Source: a virus
Direction: 5' to 3' (one strand)
Virus record (IMG/VR): IMGVR_UViG_3300020601_000005
DNA length: 64,000 nucleotides
The stretch's first letter is position 1; each line of letters begins with the position of its first letter. The notes beneath the pieces are model-generated. The model was not told the origin of the DNA and did no database searches. It worked only from the letters and a program-made list of their open reading frames with translations. Position numbers and translations under genes: made by a program. Shown here piece by piece: positions 8,278-16,919 of this stretch.

Positions 8278-8939
8278 AAGTCGAAATCGGACCATATAAG
8301 AATTGGTTTGGACCATATCATCTAGCAGAGAAGATTTGTTTTTGGGCAAAGAAATCTGTAGTCGATAAATACGGATATAAGGACTATCCCGAATACGTTT
8401 TTAAGCTAGGTGAATGGCTTGCGTGCGGCAAATGGCGTGGTATCGACGAGATTCCAACAAGCAAAAATAATTTATTTGCTGTGGACGAAGAAAAGAAAAC
8501 TTTGTTATATAAGTTCCTTCTTTGGCGCGAAAAGAAACGTTCTAGGAAAATTAATATCCATATTGATAAATGGGATACTTGGTCAATGGATACTACATTG
8601 GCAAAAATAGTATATCCTATGTTATTGCAATTAAAAGCAACTAATCATGGATATTCAAATTGCATTGATTTGGAAGATGTTCCGGAAAATCTTAGATTTA
8701 TTGATAAAAGAAATGATTATGATTATTATGGTCAACAATCATTATTTGATTATCAAGAAGAGTGTAATCCGGAATATATCAGTATTGAAGAAGAGCGTTG
8801 GAATTGGGTTTTAGATGAGATGATATATGCATTTAGTATTTTGAATGACGAAGATAAAGTCTGGGTATCCGATGATAATGATCGTGTAAATAATGGATGT
8901 AGACTATTTGGTAAATATTACCGAGCATTATGGGATTAA
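8274..8939 (+). CDS. Conserved hypothetical phage protein
   Basis: SD GAGGA; MKVEIGPYKNW, IDKWDTWSMD..LA and LFGKYYRALWD motifs. Confidence 0.85.
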   Translation: MKVEIGPYKNWFGPYHLAEKICFWAKKSVVDKYGYKDYPEYVFKLGEWLACGKWRGIDEIPTSKNNLFAVDEEKKTLLYKFLLWREKKRSRKINIHIDKWDTWSMDTTLAKIVYPMLLQLKATNHGYSNCIDLEDVPENLRFIDKRNDYDYYGQQSLFDYQEECNPEYISIEEERWNWVLDEMIYAFSILNDEDKVWVSDDNDRVNNGCRLFGKYYRALWD

Positions 8940-8942
8940 TAT

Positions 8943-8967
8943 AAGGCAACTTCGGTTGCCTTTTTTT
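8943..8967 (+). terminator. Intrinsic terminator with UUCG loop
   Basis: AAGGCAAC-TTCG-GTTGCC followed by T7. Confidence 0.9.
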
Positions 8968-8987
8968 GCCTAAAACTTCCAAAATAG

Positions 8988-9017
8988 TGTACAAAAATAC
9001 CACACATGTGGTATAAT
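8988..9017 (+). promoter_or_regulatory. Early promoter
   Basis: TGTACA-N18-TATAAT with extended TGG. Confidence 0.75.
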
Positions 9018-9044
9018 GTATCTCTGGATACAAACAAAGAATAT

Positions 9045-9173
9045 ATGTCACCACAAGATCAATATGAAGCTTTTCTAAAGTATTACGATTACAATGTTCC
9101 TAATCCAGAACAGTATCCTAAAGTATTTAAGTATTTGGTTACTATATGGAAATTATATGGAATGAAAAAGTAA
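9045..9173 (+). CDS. 42-aa hypothetical protein (not in ORF track)
   Basis: MSPQDQYEAFLKYYDYNVPNPEQYPKVFKYLVTIWKLYGMKK follows the promoter. Confidence 0.6.
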   Translation: MSPQDQYEAFLKYYDYNVPNPEQYPKVFKYLVTIWKLYGMKK

Positions 9174-9186
9174 TACTTTAGTACTA
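9171..9186. promoter_or_regulatory. 16-bp palindromic box (copy 3)
   Basis: Exact copy followed by ATAATAGACACACAA..GTATACTATTA, as near 4909-4939. Confidence 0.7.
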
Positions 9187-9218
9187 CAATAATAGACACA
9201 CAAAACAGTATACTATTA

Positions 9219-9247
9219 TGTACAACAATTCGATATTTTGGTATAAT
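9219..9247 (+). promoter_or_regulatory. Early promoter
   Basis: TGTACA-N17-TATAAT. Confidence 0.85.
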
Positions 9248-9277
9248 AGTACCATACCAACCAAACAGGACAAAATA

Positions 9278-9541
9278 ATGACTGAATTCGAATCAAAGTG
9301 CTATGGTATGTCAGAAGCCGATATCCGCGAAGAGTACATGGAATCGATCACTGCTAAGTGCGGTGGCTTGGAAATGGTCGTTATGAGCATTTTGTCAGAT
9401 GCTCAAGAGATCTTGGCTTTCCAAAGTCCTGATGGTTGGTTGAAGCCGGTAAGTCCTCGCGACGCTGACACGGCTCGCAAGCAGATGAACATTGCTAAGT
9501 TCATCCTCTCTGAAATGATCAAATCTAAGGTGGCTGCATAG
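9278..9541 (+). CDS. Conserved hypothetical early protein
   Basis: SD AGGA, ATG 9278; SILSDAQE and ARKQMNIAKFIL motifs. Confidence 0.8.
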   Translation: MTEFESKCYGMSEADIREEYMESITAKCGGLEMVVMSILSDAQEILAFQSPDGWLKPVSPRDADTARKQMNIAKFILSEMIKSKVAA

Positions 9542-9570
9542 TGTACAAGAATTCGATATTTTGGTATAAT
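9542..9570 (+). promoter_or_regulatory. Early promoter
   Basis: TGTACA-N17-TATAAT; 26 nt identical to the 9219 promoter. Confidence 0.85.
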
Positions 9571-9600
9571 AGTACTGTACTGACCAAATAGGACAAAATA

Positions 9601-9792
9601 ATGTCAAACGAAACAACCCACACTTTCGATGTCTCTTACGATTGCCCACTTCAAATTTTCCTTCAATTCCTCCACGACAACAATCTAAAATTGGAATCTT
9701 TCATCCCAATGGGTCCAGGGGGCGGAAATCCCGAAATTACCGTTTCCGGATCTTTCGATCAAATTCAATCAATACGTTCTTTCAAATTTTGA
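9601..9792 (+). CDS. Hypothetical protein
   Basis: SD AGGA; GPGGGNPEI motif. Confidence 0.75.
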   Translation: MSNETTHTFDVSYDCPLQIFLQFLHDNNLKLESFIPMGPGGGNPEITVSGSFDQIQSIRSFKF

Positions 9793-9822
9793 TTGACTTT
9801 CACTAAAAAAAGAAACTATATT

Positions 9823-9978
9823 ATGTACGAAGTAACTATTAAAACAAATACCGGTGAATTGAATTTGATTGCACGTTCGCATACTGCAATTAATAATTTA
9901 ATGGACATGTTTAAAGGTTGTGAGATTGATATTAAAGCAATCTCTGCAGTTGAAGTTAATACTACAATGGAACAGTAA
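9823..9978 (+). CDS. Hypothetical protein
   Basis: ATG 9823 in frame with the track ORF. Confidence 0.55.
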   Translation: MYEVTIKTNTGELNLIARSHTAINNLMDMFKGCEIDIKAISAVEVNTTMEQ

Positions 9979-10112
9979 TGGTAATACTCATTTATTCATT
10001 AGCCATCATTTTTTCTATTATTGGCGCAATTACAAATGATCCATCGCCAATATTGGCTGCATTTATCATGATCGCGCTCGTATCAATAAACGATTGGATA
10101 TTTAAAAAATGA
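9978..10112 (+). CDS. 44-aa two-TM peptide (not in ORF track)
   Basis: TAATG/ATGA coupled on both sides; MVILIYSLAIIFSIIGAITNDPSPILAAFIMIALVSINDWIFKK. Confidence 0.6.
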   Translation: MVILIYSLAIIFSIIGAITNDPSPILAAFIMIALVSINDWIFKK

Positions 10113-10336
10113 AAGAGTTTAACGGTAAACTATACAATAATCGTCACGGCGGTCCGTTCGATCGTGGTTCAGCTGACAGTTGGTATAATCGTGGCGTTTA
10201 TCCTCACTATTATCTTGGTGCTACATATGACTCAGTTCGAATTGAAGAGGTCGATATGAGCGAGAAGGAAGTTGCTGACTATATGGCAGGTTATGAGTAT
10301 AATGAACTGTATGGCGATAAAAAGGAATACGTATGA
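10109..10336 (+). CDS. Conserved hypothetical protein
   Basis: RHGGPFDRGSADSWY motif. Confidence 0.8.
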   Translation: MKEFNGKLYNNRHGGPFDRGSADSWYNRGVYPHYYLGATYDSVRIEEVDMSEKEVADYMAGYEYNELYGDKKEYV

Positions 10337-10608
10337 AAAAATCAGAAAAGTCATCAACTGGCGGTAAAATTGTTTATATTGAAACCGGCCTAATTCATAT
10401 TCCGCACTCAGGTGCTTACTCCGGCCGTGCGGCTGAGGAAGGCGTCGAAGTTAAGGCATATGACGCACCAAAGCGTGGTCGTGGCCGTCCTCGTCTAGAC
10501 TCGTATGCAAAATACGATTTTAGTGCTTTTACTACTGACGTGAAGGTTCCTACATGGAAAGGCCAATCGCGTGTTTACGTAAAGTTGACTGATGATGATC
10601 ACGCATAA
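10333..10608 (+). CDS. Small protein with AT-hook motif
   Basis: PKRGRGRPR; SD AAGGA. Confidence 0.7.
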   Translation: MKKSEKSSTGGKIVYIETGLIHIPHSGAYSGRAAEEGVEVKAYDAPKRGRGRPRLDSYAKYDFSAFTTDVKVPTWKGQSRVYVKLTDDDHA

Positions 10609-10999
10609 TCCAACGACGGATGTCGAAGCCGTAATTAAACATTACGGGAATAAAGACGGCGTAAATATCAAGTATTGTTGTACTACAGAGCTTAATGTAA
10701 GCGATCAGGTATTTGATATTTTTTATAGGGAGACGCCACATCCTGAATTCGGTAATAGGTATTTCGGTTTACACGTCACGCCTTCTAAAGCTGTCTACAT
10801 AACTAATGCTGATATTGTGGAAAGCTTTGATTTTGGGATGATTAAAGATGCAAAAGGAAACTATCATTATAGTAGATCTCATCACGACTTTGTTACTATA
10901 GATCGAAGCATGGTTGATGGTGGTAGAAAGTATATTCGATCTGGAGGTAGATTGACTTATTTTAAGTTAATTAATGGAATTTTGGAGAAATCAGAATGA
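10592..10999 (+). CDS. Conserved hypothetical protein
   Basis: DIFYRETPHPEFGNRYFG, SRSHHDF and DGGR.YIR motifs. Confidence 0.8.
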   Translation: MMITHNPTTDVEAVIKHYGNKDGVNIKYCCTTELNVSDQVFDIFYRETPHPEFGNRYFGLHVTPSKAVYITNADIVESFDFGMIKDAKGNYHYSRSHHDFVTIDRSMVDGGRKYIRSGGRLTYFKLINGILEKSE

Positions 11000-11436
11000 A
11001 AAAACTAATCTTTACGACATTATTAATTAGTACAGCCGCTGTCGCACAGGCCCAAGAAATATTGGACCACTATCGCACAGTCACGCGACGAGTTCCTAAT
11101 ACTCAACTAGTTTGTCAGCAAGTAAGCGTCCCAGTTTACGGTCATACGTCAGAGCCTGGTCCGGGAGGCATGATACTAGGTGCAATCGTAGGTAATGCAA
11201 TTGGTCGTGCTGCGGGAGTGAGTGGAGGTCAGACTGCTGGAACTATTATCGGCGGTATTGCTGGCAATGAAATATCTCGTGGGCAACAACGTGCACGAGT
11301 TACTGAATACCGCACTGAAGAACGTTGCACGAATCAAACTACGTACAGCATAGTTAGTGAGGAAGTATACTCCCATTCAACTATCACGTTTACTGATAGA
11401 GATGGCCGTCGACGTATTGCACGATTTAACCGTTAA
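10996..11436 (+). CDS. Exported glycine-zipper protein
   Basis: Signal peptide; GAIVGNAIG...GTIIGGIAG glycine zipper; two flanking Cys. Confidence 0.8.
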   Translation: MKKLIFTTLLISTAAVAQAQEILDHYRTVTRRVPNTQLVCQQVSVPVYGHTSEPGPGGMILGAIVGNAIGRAAGVSGGQTAGTIIGGIAGNEISRGQQRARVTEYRTEERCTNQTTYSIVSEEVYSHSTITFTDRDGRRRIARFNR

Positions 11437-11448
11437 TAAGGAAATATT

Positions 11449-11625
11449 ATGTCAGACTTCGAAACACATGAAATTGGAACCGCAACTGAGTTGCGTCTAT
11501 CACGCGCTTTGGCGAGAGAGATTGAATCGACAATACAACAATATGGTTTAGTGATTCCTGGAAACGTGTTACAATGTTATTATGCATTAATGAATCACTA
11601 CGCCAAGGCGTTACAAAATGCGTAA
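11449..11625 (+). CDS. 58-aa hypothetical protein (not in ORF track)
   Basis: SD AAGGA; MSDFETHEIGTATELRLSRALAREI... Confidence 0.7.
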   Translation: MSDFETHEIGTATELRLSRALAREIESTIQQYGLVIPGNVLQCYYALMNHYAKALQNA

Positions 11626-11779
11626 CTTAGTAATTTGCCGTATAATTAAAATCCTGAAAGAATATCCAGATCTGGATACAGAGGTTTCTATGCAATACGG
11701 TAATATTAATTCTTTATCAAATATAGAGCTACTAAATCTCTATGAATCGTTATTATGTGAGGATGATTATGAAAATTAA
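11618..11779 (+). CDS. 53-aa hypothetical protein (not in ORF track)
   Basis: MRNLVICRIIKIL...; overlaps neighbours by 8 and 11 nt. Confidence 0.55.
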   Translation: MRNLVICRIIKILKEYPDLDTEVSMQYGNINSLSNIELLNLYESLLCEDDYEN

Positions 11780-11996
11780 ATCTATTGGTGGTATGATAAG
11801 TGTATTTGTTATAGCTGTTGTATTGTATATAATTTTTGCATTGATCATGGGTGCTGTTGTGGCTATGTTGTGGAATGTCTCCATTGCTGTCGCCGTTTCT
11901 GGAATCGCAGAACTAACCTGGGCACAAGGAGCTGCAATTCTTATCCTATGCAATCTTCTATTCAATTCTTCAGCAGCAGCATTCAATAAAAAGTAA
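11769..11996 (+). CDS. Small membrane protein
   Basis: SD GAGGA; highly hydrophobic; LWN...LTWAQG motif. Confidence 0.7.
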   Translation: MKIKSIGGMISVFVIAVVLYIIFALIMGAVVAMLWNVSIAVAVSGIAELTWAQGAAILILCNLLFNSSAAAFNKK

Positions 11997-11998
11997 CT

Positions 11999-12008
11999 GT
12001 GGTATAAT
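11999..12008 (+). promoter_or_regulatory. Extended -10 promoter
   Basis: TGG-TATAAT 6 nt before ATG 12015. Confidence 0.6.
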
Positions 12009-12014
12009 AGGTCT

Positions 12015-12557
12015 ATGAAAATCTACTTAGATATGGACGGAGTACTGGCTGACTTTGAAAGCCGGTTTGAAAAGATGTTCGGCAAGCGTCCTGAAAACAA
12101 AGCCGATAAGCTTGATCACTTCAACAAGAACTGGAAGCAGTTTGTAAATACCGCCCAATTCATGGACCTAGATCTTATGCCAGGTGCATTAGAACTAATT
12201 CAAGAATGTAAATCTTTGAATGTTCCGATCGAGATACTATCATCAACAAGTAACATAGATGACCACCGGGCAGTTAGTTGTCAAAAAGCTTTTTGGCTTG
12301 GACGCAATAACATTGCTTTCAAAAGTAATTTTGTGCCCGGTGGTGATAAAAAGGCTGAGTTTGCTGCACCATGGAATATATTGATTGACGATTCTACGTA
12401 TGTGACGGAGTTGTATAGAGCTGCTGGCGGAACTACTATATTACACACCGATTTAAATACAACAGTTAAAAAGTTACACGAACTGCATTTGGAATGGAAT
12501 TCACATGAACATTTTTTATCTACACCAATCACCGCGCGAATGCGCAGAACAACATAA
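12015..12557 (+). CDS. HAD-family 5'(3')-deoxyribonucleotidase-like phosphatase
   Basis: IYLDMDGVLADF, ILSS and ILIDD motifs. Confidence 0.88.
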   Translation: MKIYLDMDGVLADFESRFEKMFGKRPENKADKLDHFNKNWKQFVNTAQFMDLDLMPGALELIQECKSLNVPIEILSSTSNIDDHRAVSCQKAFWLGRNNIAFKSNFVPGGDKKAEFAAPWNILIDDSTYVTELYRAAGGTTILHTDLNTTVKKLHELHLEWNSHEHFLSTPITARMRRTT

Positions 12558-13122
12558 TGACAAACATGTCGTTAAAATGATTTTAGAATATGCTCAACTT
12601 CTCTCTACCGCTCATCGTATTCTTGATGGCACTCCTTCTGTGATTCTCAGTAACAAAGGACGACGCAAAACAGTTCATACTTTGCCTGATCATCGTGACG
12701 TTTTACTCTATAGTGCTACTCACGCAAATCATCCGTCTGCTATTTGGGCAAGACAGTCAGATAAAAACTACGATTGGCTGTTTTCCTTATTCCAAGAATT
12801 GATGTCTGAGTATACTTACCGTTATGGTAAGGTCCACGCATCTTCTCGTTTAGAAATTGCACTATCTAGATTGCCAACCAATATTCCTCAAGCAGAATTT
12901 ACCGGTCCTACTCCGGCGATGCCTGATGAATATAAGGTATATGGTAATTCTATTGAGTCATATCACAATTACTACGTAGGATCTAAGCATGAAATGTCGC
13001 GATGGACTAACAGACCTATGCCAGAGTGGTTCGCTGAAGGTATAAATAAAAAGTACGATCATGATTGCTACATTTTTATGAAAAATAATCGTACAATATC
13101 AACCTCAACAATCCATATTTGA
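12505..13122 (+). CDS. Pyrimidine-dimer DNA glycosylase/endonuclease V-like protein
   Basis: MNIFYL...DKHVVKMILEYAQLLSTAH, H.NHPSAIW, EYTYRYGKVH and AMPDEYK motifs. Confidence 0.75.
   Translation: MNIFYLHQSPRECAEQHNDKHVVKMILEYAQLLSTAHRILDGTPSVILSNKGRRKTVHTLPDHRDVLLYSATHANHPSAIWARQSDKNYDWLFSLFQELMSEYTYRYGKVHASSRLEIALSRLPTNIPQAEFTGPTPAMPDEYKVYGNSIESYHNYYVGSKHEMSRWTNRPMPEWFAEGINKKYDHDCYIFMKNNRTISTSTIHI
13041..13048 (+). promoter_or_regulatory. T4-type late promoter
   Basis: TATAAATA upstream of the 13125/phoH/peptidase genes. Confidence 0.65.
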
Positions 13123-13124
13123 CT

Positions 13125-13355
13125 ATGCCTACATATAAATTTTATGATACTGTGACCAATGAAGAATTTGAGAAGTTCATGAGTATCTCATCACGAGACA
13201 AATACCTGAGCGAAAACCCACATATAGAATCTCGAATCAATGGTTCGCCCATGATCGGAGACCCAATTAGGTTAGGCCGGGGCGACGTCGGAGGATTTAA
13301 AGAAGTATTACAGAACATTCATCGAAGGAATCCAGGCAGCAAAATGGATATTTAA
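13125..13355 (+). CDS. FmdB-like small protein (Cys ligands absent)
   Basis: MPTYKFYD..T.EEFE, YL.ENP and GFKEVL motifs. Confidence 0.7.
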   Translation: MPTYKFYDTVTNEEFEKFMSISSRDKYLSENPHIESRINGSPMIGDPIRLGRGDVGGFKEVLQNIHRRNPGSKMDI

Positions 13356-13374
13356 ACGTAAATTAAGGATTTTC

Positions 13375-14142
13375 ATGGTAACAAAAAGAAAAACTACAGT
13401 TGATAGTGGAGCCGATGATGGCACCGCAAAGCCAAAAGTCAATCATAGTTTAAAAATTCGAATTGATGATCTTAAAACTTTTGAGCCATTGACCGATAAT
13501 CAAAGGTTATTTTATGATGCTTATAAACAAGGAGACTACTTTATTGCGTTACATGGAGTAGCTGGTACAGGTAAAACTTTTATTGCCCTTTATAAGGCAT
13601 TGGAAGAAGTGTTGGATAAATCAAATCCATTTGATAAAATAATCATTGTACGTTCAGCTGTTCCATCAAGGGAAGTCGGTCATTTGCCAGGTGACCTAAA
13701 TGAGAAAACTGAAATTTATCGCCAACCATATCAACAGATTTGTACAACACTGTTTGGTCGTCCAGATGCATATCAGCGTCTAGAAGAACAAAAGCATATC
13801 GAATTTATTTCCACTTCGTTTATTCGCGGTATGAGTTTCGATGATGCAATCATTATTGTTGATGAGATGCAAAACTTAACGTACGAAGAAATTGATACAG
13901 TTATGACTCGAGTTGGTTACCGTTCCAAGATTATTTGGTGTGGAGACTATCGTCAGACTGACTTGAATAAAAAGAAAAATGACATGTCAGGCATTTTAAA
14001 GTTCTTTGATATTGCAATGCACATGAGAGCATTCACTAGAATTGAATTTACGCCTGCTGACATTGTGCGTAGTTCCTTGGTTAAGGACTACATTTTAGCT
14101 AAACTTAAATACGAAGACCACGTAGAAGGAGTACACGAATGA
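13375..14142 (+). CDS. phoH: PhoH-family ATPase
   Basis: GVAGTGKT, GHLPG, FIRGMSF, DEMQN, MTRVG, GD..QTD and DIVRS motifs. Confidence 0.95.
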   Translation: MVTKRKTTVDSGADDGTAKPKVNHSLKIRIDDLKTFEPLTDNQRLFYDAYKQGDYFIALHGVAGTGKTFIALYKALEEVLDKSNPFDKIIIVRSAVPSREVGHLPGDLNEKTEIYRQPYQQICTTLFGRPDAYQRLEEQKHIEFISTSFIRGMSFDDAIIIVDEMQNLTYEEIDTVMTRVGYRSKIIWCGDYRQTDLNKKKNDMSGILKFFDIAMHMRAFTRIEFTPADIVRSSLVKDYILAKLKYEDHVEGVHE

Positions 14143-14603
14143 AACTATCCCCAAATTTTTCCCTAGCGGAAATGACGAAGAGCGACACCGCCCTTCGTTT
14201 AGATATGGACAATACACCGGCCGATGAAGAAATCGCCAATATGACTGCGCTTGCAGAAAACGTCTTGCAAAAAGTGCGTGATCACTTTGGTAAAGGTGTT
14301 AAGGTCAATTCTGGATTCCGTCACCCCGATGTGAACGGTGCAGTTGGAGGTTCTAAGACTTCTGATCACTGTAAAGGTATGGCTGCTGATATTGAGATCC
14401 CAGGCGTTGCTAATGCCGATCTTGCTGAATGGATTGTTGAAAACTGCGACTTCCGTCAAGTGATCCTCGAGTTCTACACACCAGGTATTCCTGATTCTGG
14501 TTGGGTACATGTATCATATAATCCGGATGATAATAAGAAGCAAGTGTTGACTGCCATGAAAGAAAATGGCAAAACTGTATATAAGACTGGATTGATTGCT
14601 TAA
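14139..14603 (+). CDS. Peptidase M15A (putative endolysin)
   Basis: LSPNFSLAEM, SGFR, SDHCKGMAAD and WVHVS zinc motifs. Confidence 0.9.
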   Translation: MKLSPNFSLAEMTKSDTALRLDMDNTPADEEIANMTALAENVLQKVRDHFGKGVKVNSGFRHPDVNGAVGGSKTSDHCKGMAADIEIPGVANADLAEWIVENCDFRQVILEFYTPGIPDSGWVHVSYNPDDNKKQVLTAMKENGKTVYKTGLIA

Positions 14604-15256
14604 TGTTCACTCATATTTCCCATGATATCGCTAAACTTAAACGTGTGGATTCCCCGGCTGGTAGAGTATATCAGACCCCGGAAGGTAAATCCTATCCATC
14701 CGTCACAGCCGTTACGGGACTTCATGGGAAACAAGCAATCCTCGAATGGAGGAAACGGGTCGGAGAAGAGGAAGCAAACCGAATCTCTGCCCGTGCTGCC
14801 AACAGAGGAACTCGTATACACACGCTCTGCGAAGATTATCTATCAAACAAAACCCCCGAAGTTTCAATGTTTGATTTAGAAGCGTATACTTCAATCCGAA
14901 AAGAGCTAGATAATATTGATAACATTCATTGCCTCGAAACTAAGCTATATTCAGACTATCTCCAGGTTGCTGGAACAGTTGATTGTATTGCCGAATATAA
15001 AGGTAAAATGTCGGTGATCGACTTTAAGACTTCTAAGCGAGTTAAGTCTCGTGAAGATATTCATAATTATTTCATGCAAACTGCTGCTTATGCAGTAATG
15101 TTTGAAGAAAGAACTAAAATACCTGTCTCTAAGTTGATCGTCTTAATGGCAGTAGATGATGAGAAAGATCCAATAGTATTTGTTGAAAATAGAGATGATT
15201 GGATTAATGGATTCATCGATCTTAGAGAGGAATATAAATCATGGAAAAATATCTAA
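14603..15256 (+). CDS. PD-(D/E)XK Cas4-like exonuclease
   Basis: YPSVT, RGT.IH, AGTVD, IDFKTS and Q.AAYA motifs. Confidence 0.9.
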   Translation: MFTHISHDIAKLKRVDSPAGRVYQTPEGKSYPSVTAVTGLHGKQAILEWRKRVGEEEANRISARAANRGTRIHTLCEDYLSNKTPEVSMFDLEAYTSIRKELDNIDNIHCLETKLYSDYLQVAGTVDCIAEYKGKMSVIDFKTSKRVKSREDIHNYFMQTAAYAVMFEERTKIPVSKLIVLMAVDDEKDPIVFVENRDDWINGFIDLREEYKSWKNI

Positions 15257-15573
15257 TAGGATTATTTGCTGCTTTCGCGTTAAGCTTTTCGCATGCAGCC
15301 AATGATGATATTAAAATTCTTAAGCAAGAGTCACAGTGCGCAACGTCAGAACTAGCACTGAGACTTTTAGATGAGTTTGAAGAATACGCGACTATCAAGG
15401 GTATGACCATTCGTAATGAAGGTGAGTACTCTATGGTGATTTTTGTTAATCCAGAATCTGGTACCTGGACCATGCTCGAAAATCATTCTGACTATTACTG
15501 TATTATTGCTAGCGGAGAAAATTTCGGAATAAATATAGATGCTATTAACCCTTCTTTAGACCCGAAGTGGTAA
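15241..15573 (+). CDS. Exported hypothetical protein
   Basis: Signal peptide; FVNPESGTWT and CIIASG motifs. Confidence 0.7.
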   Translation: MEKYLIGLFAAFALSFSHAANDDIKILKQESQCATSELALRLLDEFEEYATIKGMTIRNEGEYSMVIFVNPESGTWTMLENHSDYYCIIASGENFGINIDAINPSLDPKW

Positions 15574-15612
15574 TATGCAAATCGTGATATAATGAGAGGA
15601 TATCTTATCATT

Positions 15613-15792
15613 ATGTTCAATGATTGGATTAGGTATAATTCAATAGATGATGTAAGCACATTCGTTGCTCTTGCGGCGAATGCATTAAATCGTTCTCGAG
15701 AAGAAATACTTGAGTGCATAGAAGGAGAAATGGCTGATGAAAAAGCTAATAGTATCGATGGCGCTAATAATGGCAACTCTGACGAAGGCTGA
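15613..15792 (+). CDS. Hypothetical protein
   Basis: Follows TGA-TATAAT (15585-15593) and GAGGA; start uncertain. Confidence 0.45.
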   Translation: MFNDWIRYNSIDDVSTFVALAANALNRSREEILECIEGEMADEKANSIDGANNGNSDEG

Positions 15793-16219
15793 AGCTTTAC
15801 CAGAATTTCCACAGTACTCAGTATATACTGAAGAAGATATTACCTGGTTGACCAAGAATATATATTTCGAGGCGGCAAATCAAGCTACTGCAGGAAGAAT
15901 TGCAGTAATGATGGTAACTCTTAATAGGGTCTCTCACGATAGGTTTCCGGATAATATTAAAGACGTCGTCACACAAGGAGGCACTAGGTTAAATCGATGC
16001 CAATTCTCTTGGTATTGTGACGGTAAGTCTGATAAGGTTAGAGATTGGGAAGCATTCAACGAGATCAAAGTATTAGTATATACATATATGCAGATAGCTA
16101 GCAAAATGACTGATATTACTAGTGGTGCAATATATTACCATGCGACGTATGTAAACCCTAAATGGGCTTCAGAAAAGAAAAAGATAATCAGAATCGGTGA
16201 CCACATATTTTACAAGTGA
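15737..16219 (+). CDS. Cell wall hydrolase (SleB/Hydrolase_2 family) with signal peptide
   Basis: NIYFEA, V.LNRV, FP, CQFSW.CDG, YYHA.YVNP.W and IGDHIFY motifs; SD AAGGAG. Confidence 0.9.
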   Translation: MKKLIVSMALIMATLTKAEALPEFPQYSVYTEEDITWLTKNIYFEAANQATAGRIAVMMVTLNRVSHDRFPDNIKDVVTQGGTRLNRCQFSWYCDGKSDKVRDWEAFNEIKVLVYTYMQIASKMTDITSGAIYYHATYVNPKWASEKKKIIRIGDHIFYK

Positions 16220-16226
16220 GGATTTT

Positions 16227-16904
16227 ATGAAAAAAACTGCGATGTCAGCTGAGGAAAAAACAGTATTTAATATGCTGAATACAGGTTATATACAACCAAA
16301 ACCTATTGCACAATTCTACGAGTTGTATATTACCGGCGATATTGAAGAGGCTTCCGCGTACATCCCATGGTTCGATATGATTCGTCATGCGGATGAGGGT
16401 GATGTTGTTAAGTTGTACATCAATTCGTATGGTGGTGATTTATTCACTGCGATTCAATTCTTGCGAGTACTATCCGAGACTAACGCGACAGTGATTGCTT
16501 CAGTAGAAGGTGCTTGTATGAGTGCCGCAACAATGATTTTCTTAGGATGTTCACAATTTGAAGTGACTCCTCATTCAGTCTTTATGTTCCATAATTACTC
16601 AGGTGGAACATTTGGTAAGGGTGGTGAGATGATCGATCAGTTGCAACATGAACGTAAATGGTCCGAAGGCCTTATGAATGAGATCTACCGCGATTTCTTG
16701 TCACCGGAAGAGATCCAGAACATGTTAAATAACCGTGATTACTGGATGGATGGTATTGAGGTAGCCAAACGGTTAACTCGAAGGAATGACATCCTGAACG
16801 GAAAAACGAAAGCTACTGAAGTGAAAGCTAAGGAAAAACGTAAACCTGCCACCAAAACCGCACCTAAACCTCCGGTTACACCAGTAGATAGTACTAAAAA
16901 GTAA
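16227..16904 (+). CDS. ClpP-like serine protease
   Basis: LYINSYGG, CMSAAT (catalytic Ser), FMFH (catalytic His); basic Pro-rich tail. Confidence 0.88.
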   Translation: MKKTAMSAEEKTVFNMLNTGYIQPKPIAQFYELYITGDIEEASAYIPWFDMIRHADEGDVVKLYINSYGGDLFTAIQFLRVLSETNATVIASVEGACMSAATMIFLGCSQFEVTPHSVFMFHNYSGGTFGKGGEMIDQLQHERKWSEGLMNEIYRDFLSPEEIQNMLNNRDYWMDGIEVAKRLTRRNDILNGKTKATEVKAKEKRKPATKTAPKPPVTPVDSTKK

Positions 16905-16917
16905 TACTTTAGTACTA
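16889..16917. promoter_or_regulatory. Palindromic box (copy 4, 16902-16917) within a 10-bp inverted repeat
   Basis: TAGTACTAAA-N9-TTTAGTACTA. Confidence 0.7.
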
Positions 16918-16919
16918 TA

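Noticed and set aside
14603-15256. Cas4-like gene as evidence of CRISPR-Cas
   Set aside because: Solo PD-(D/E)XK exonuclease; no other cas genes or array
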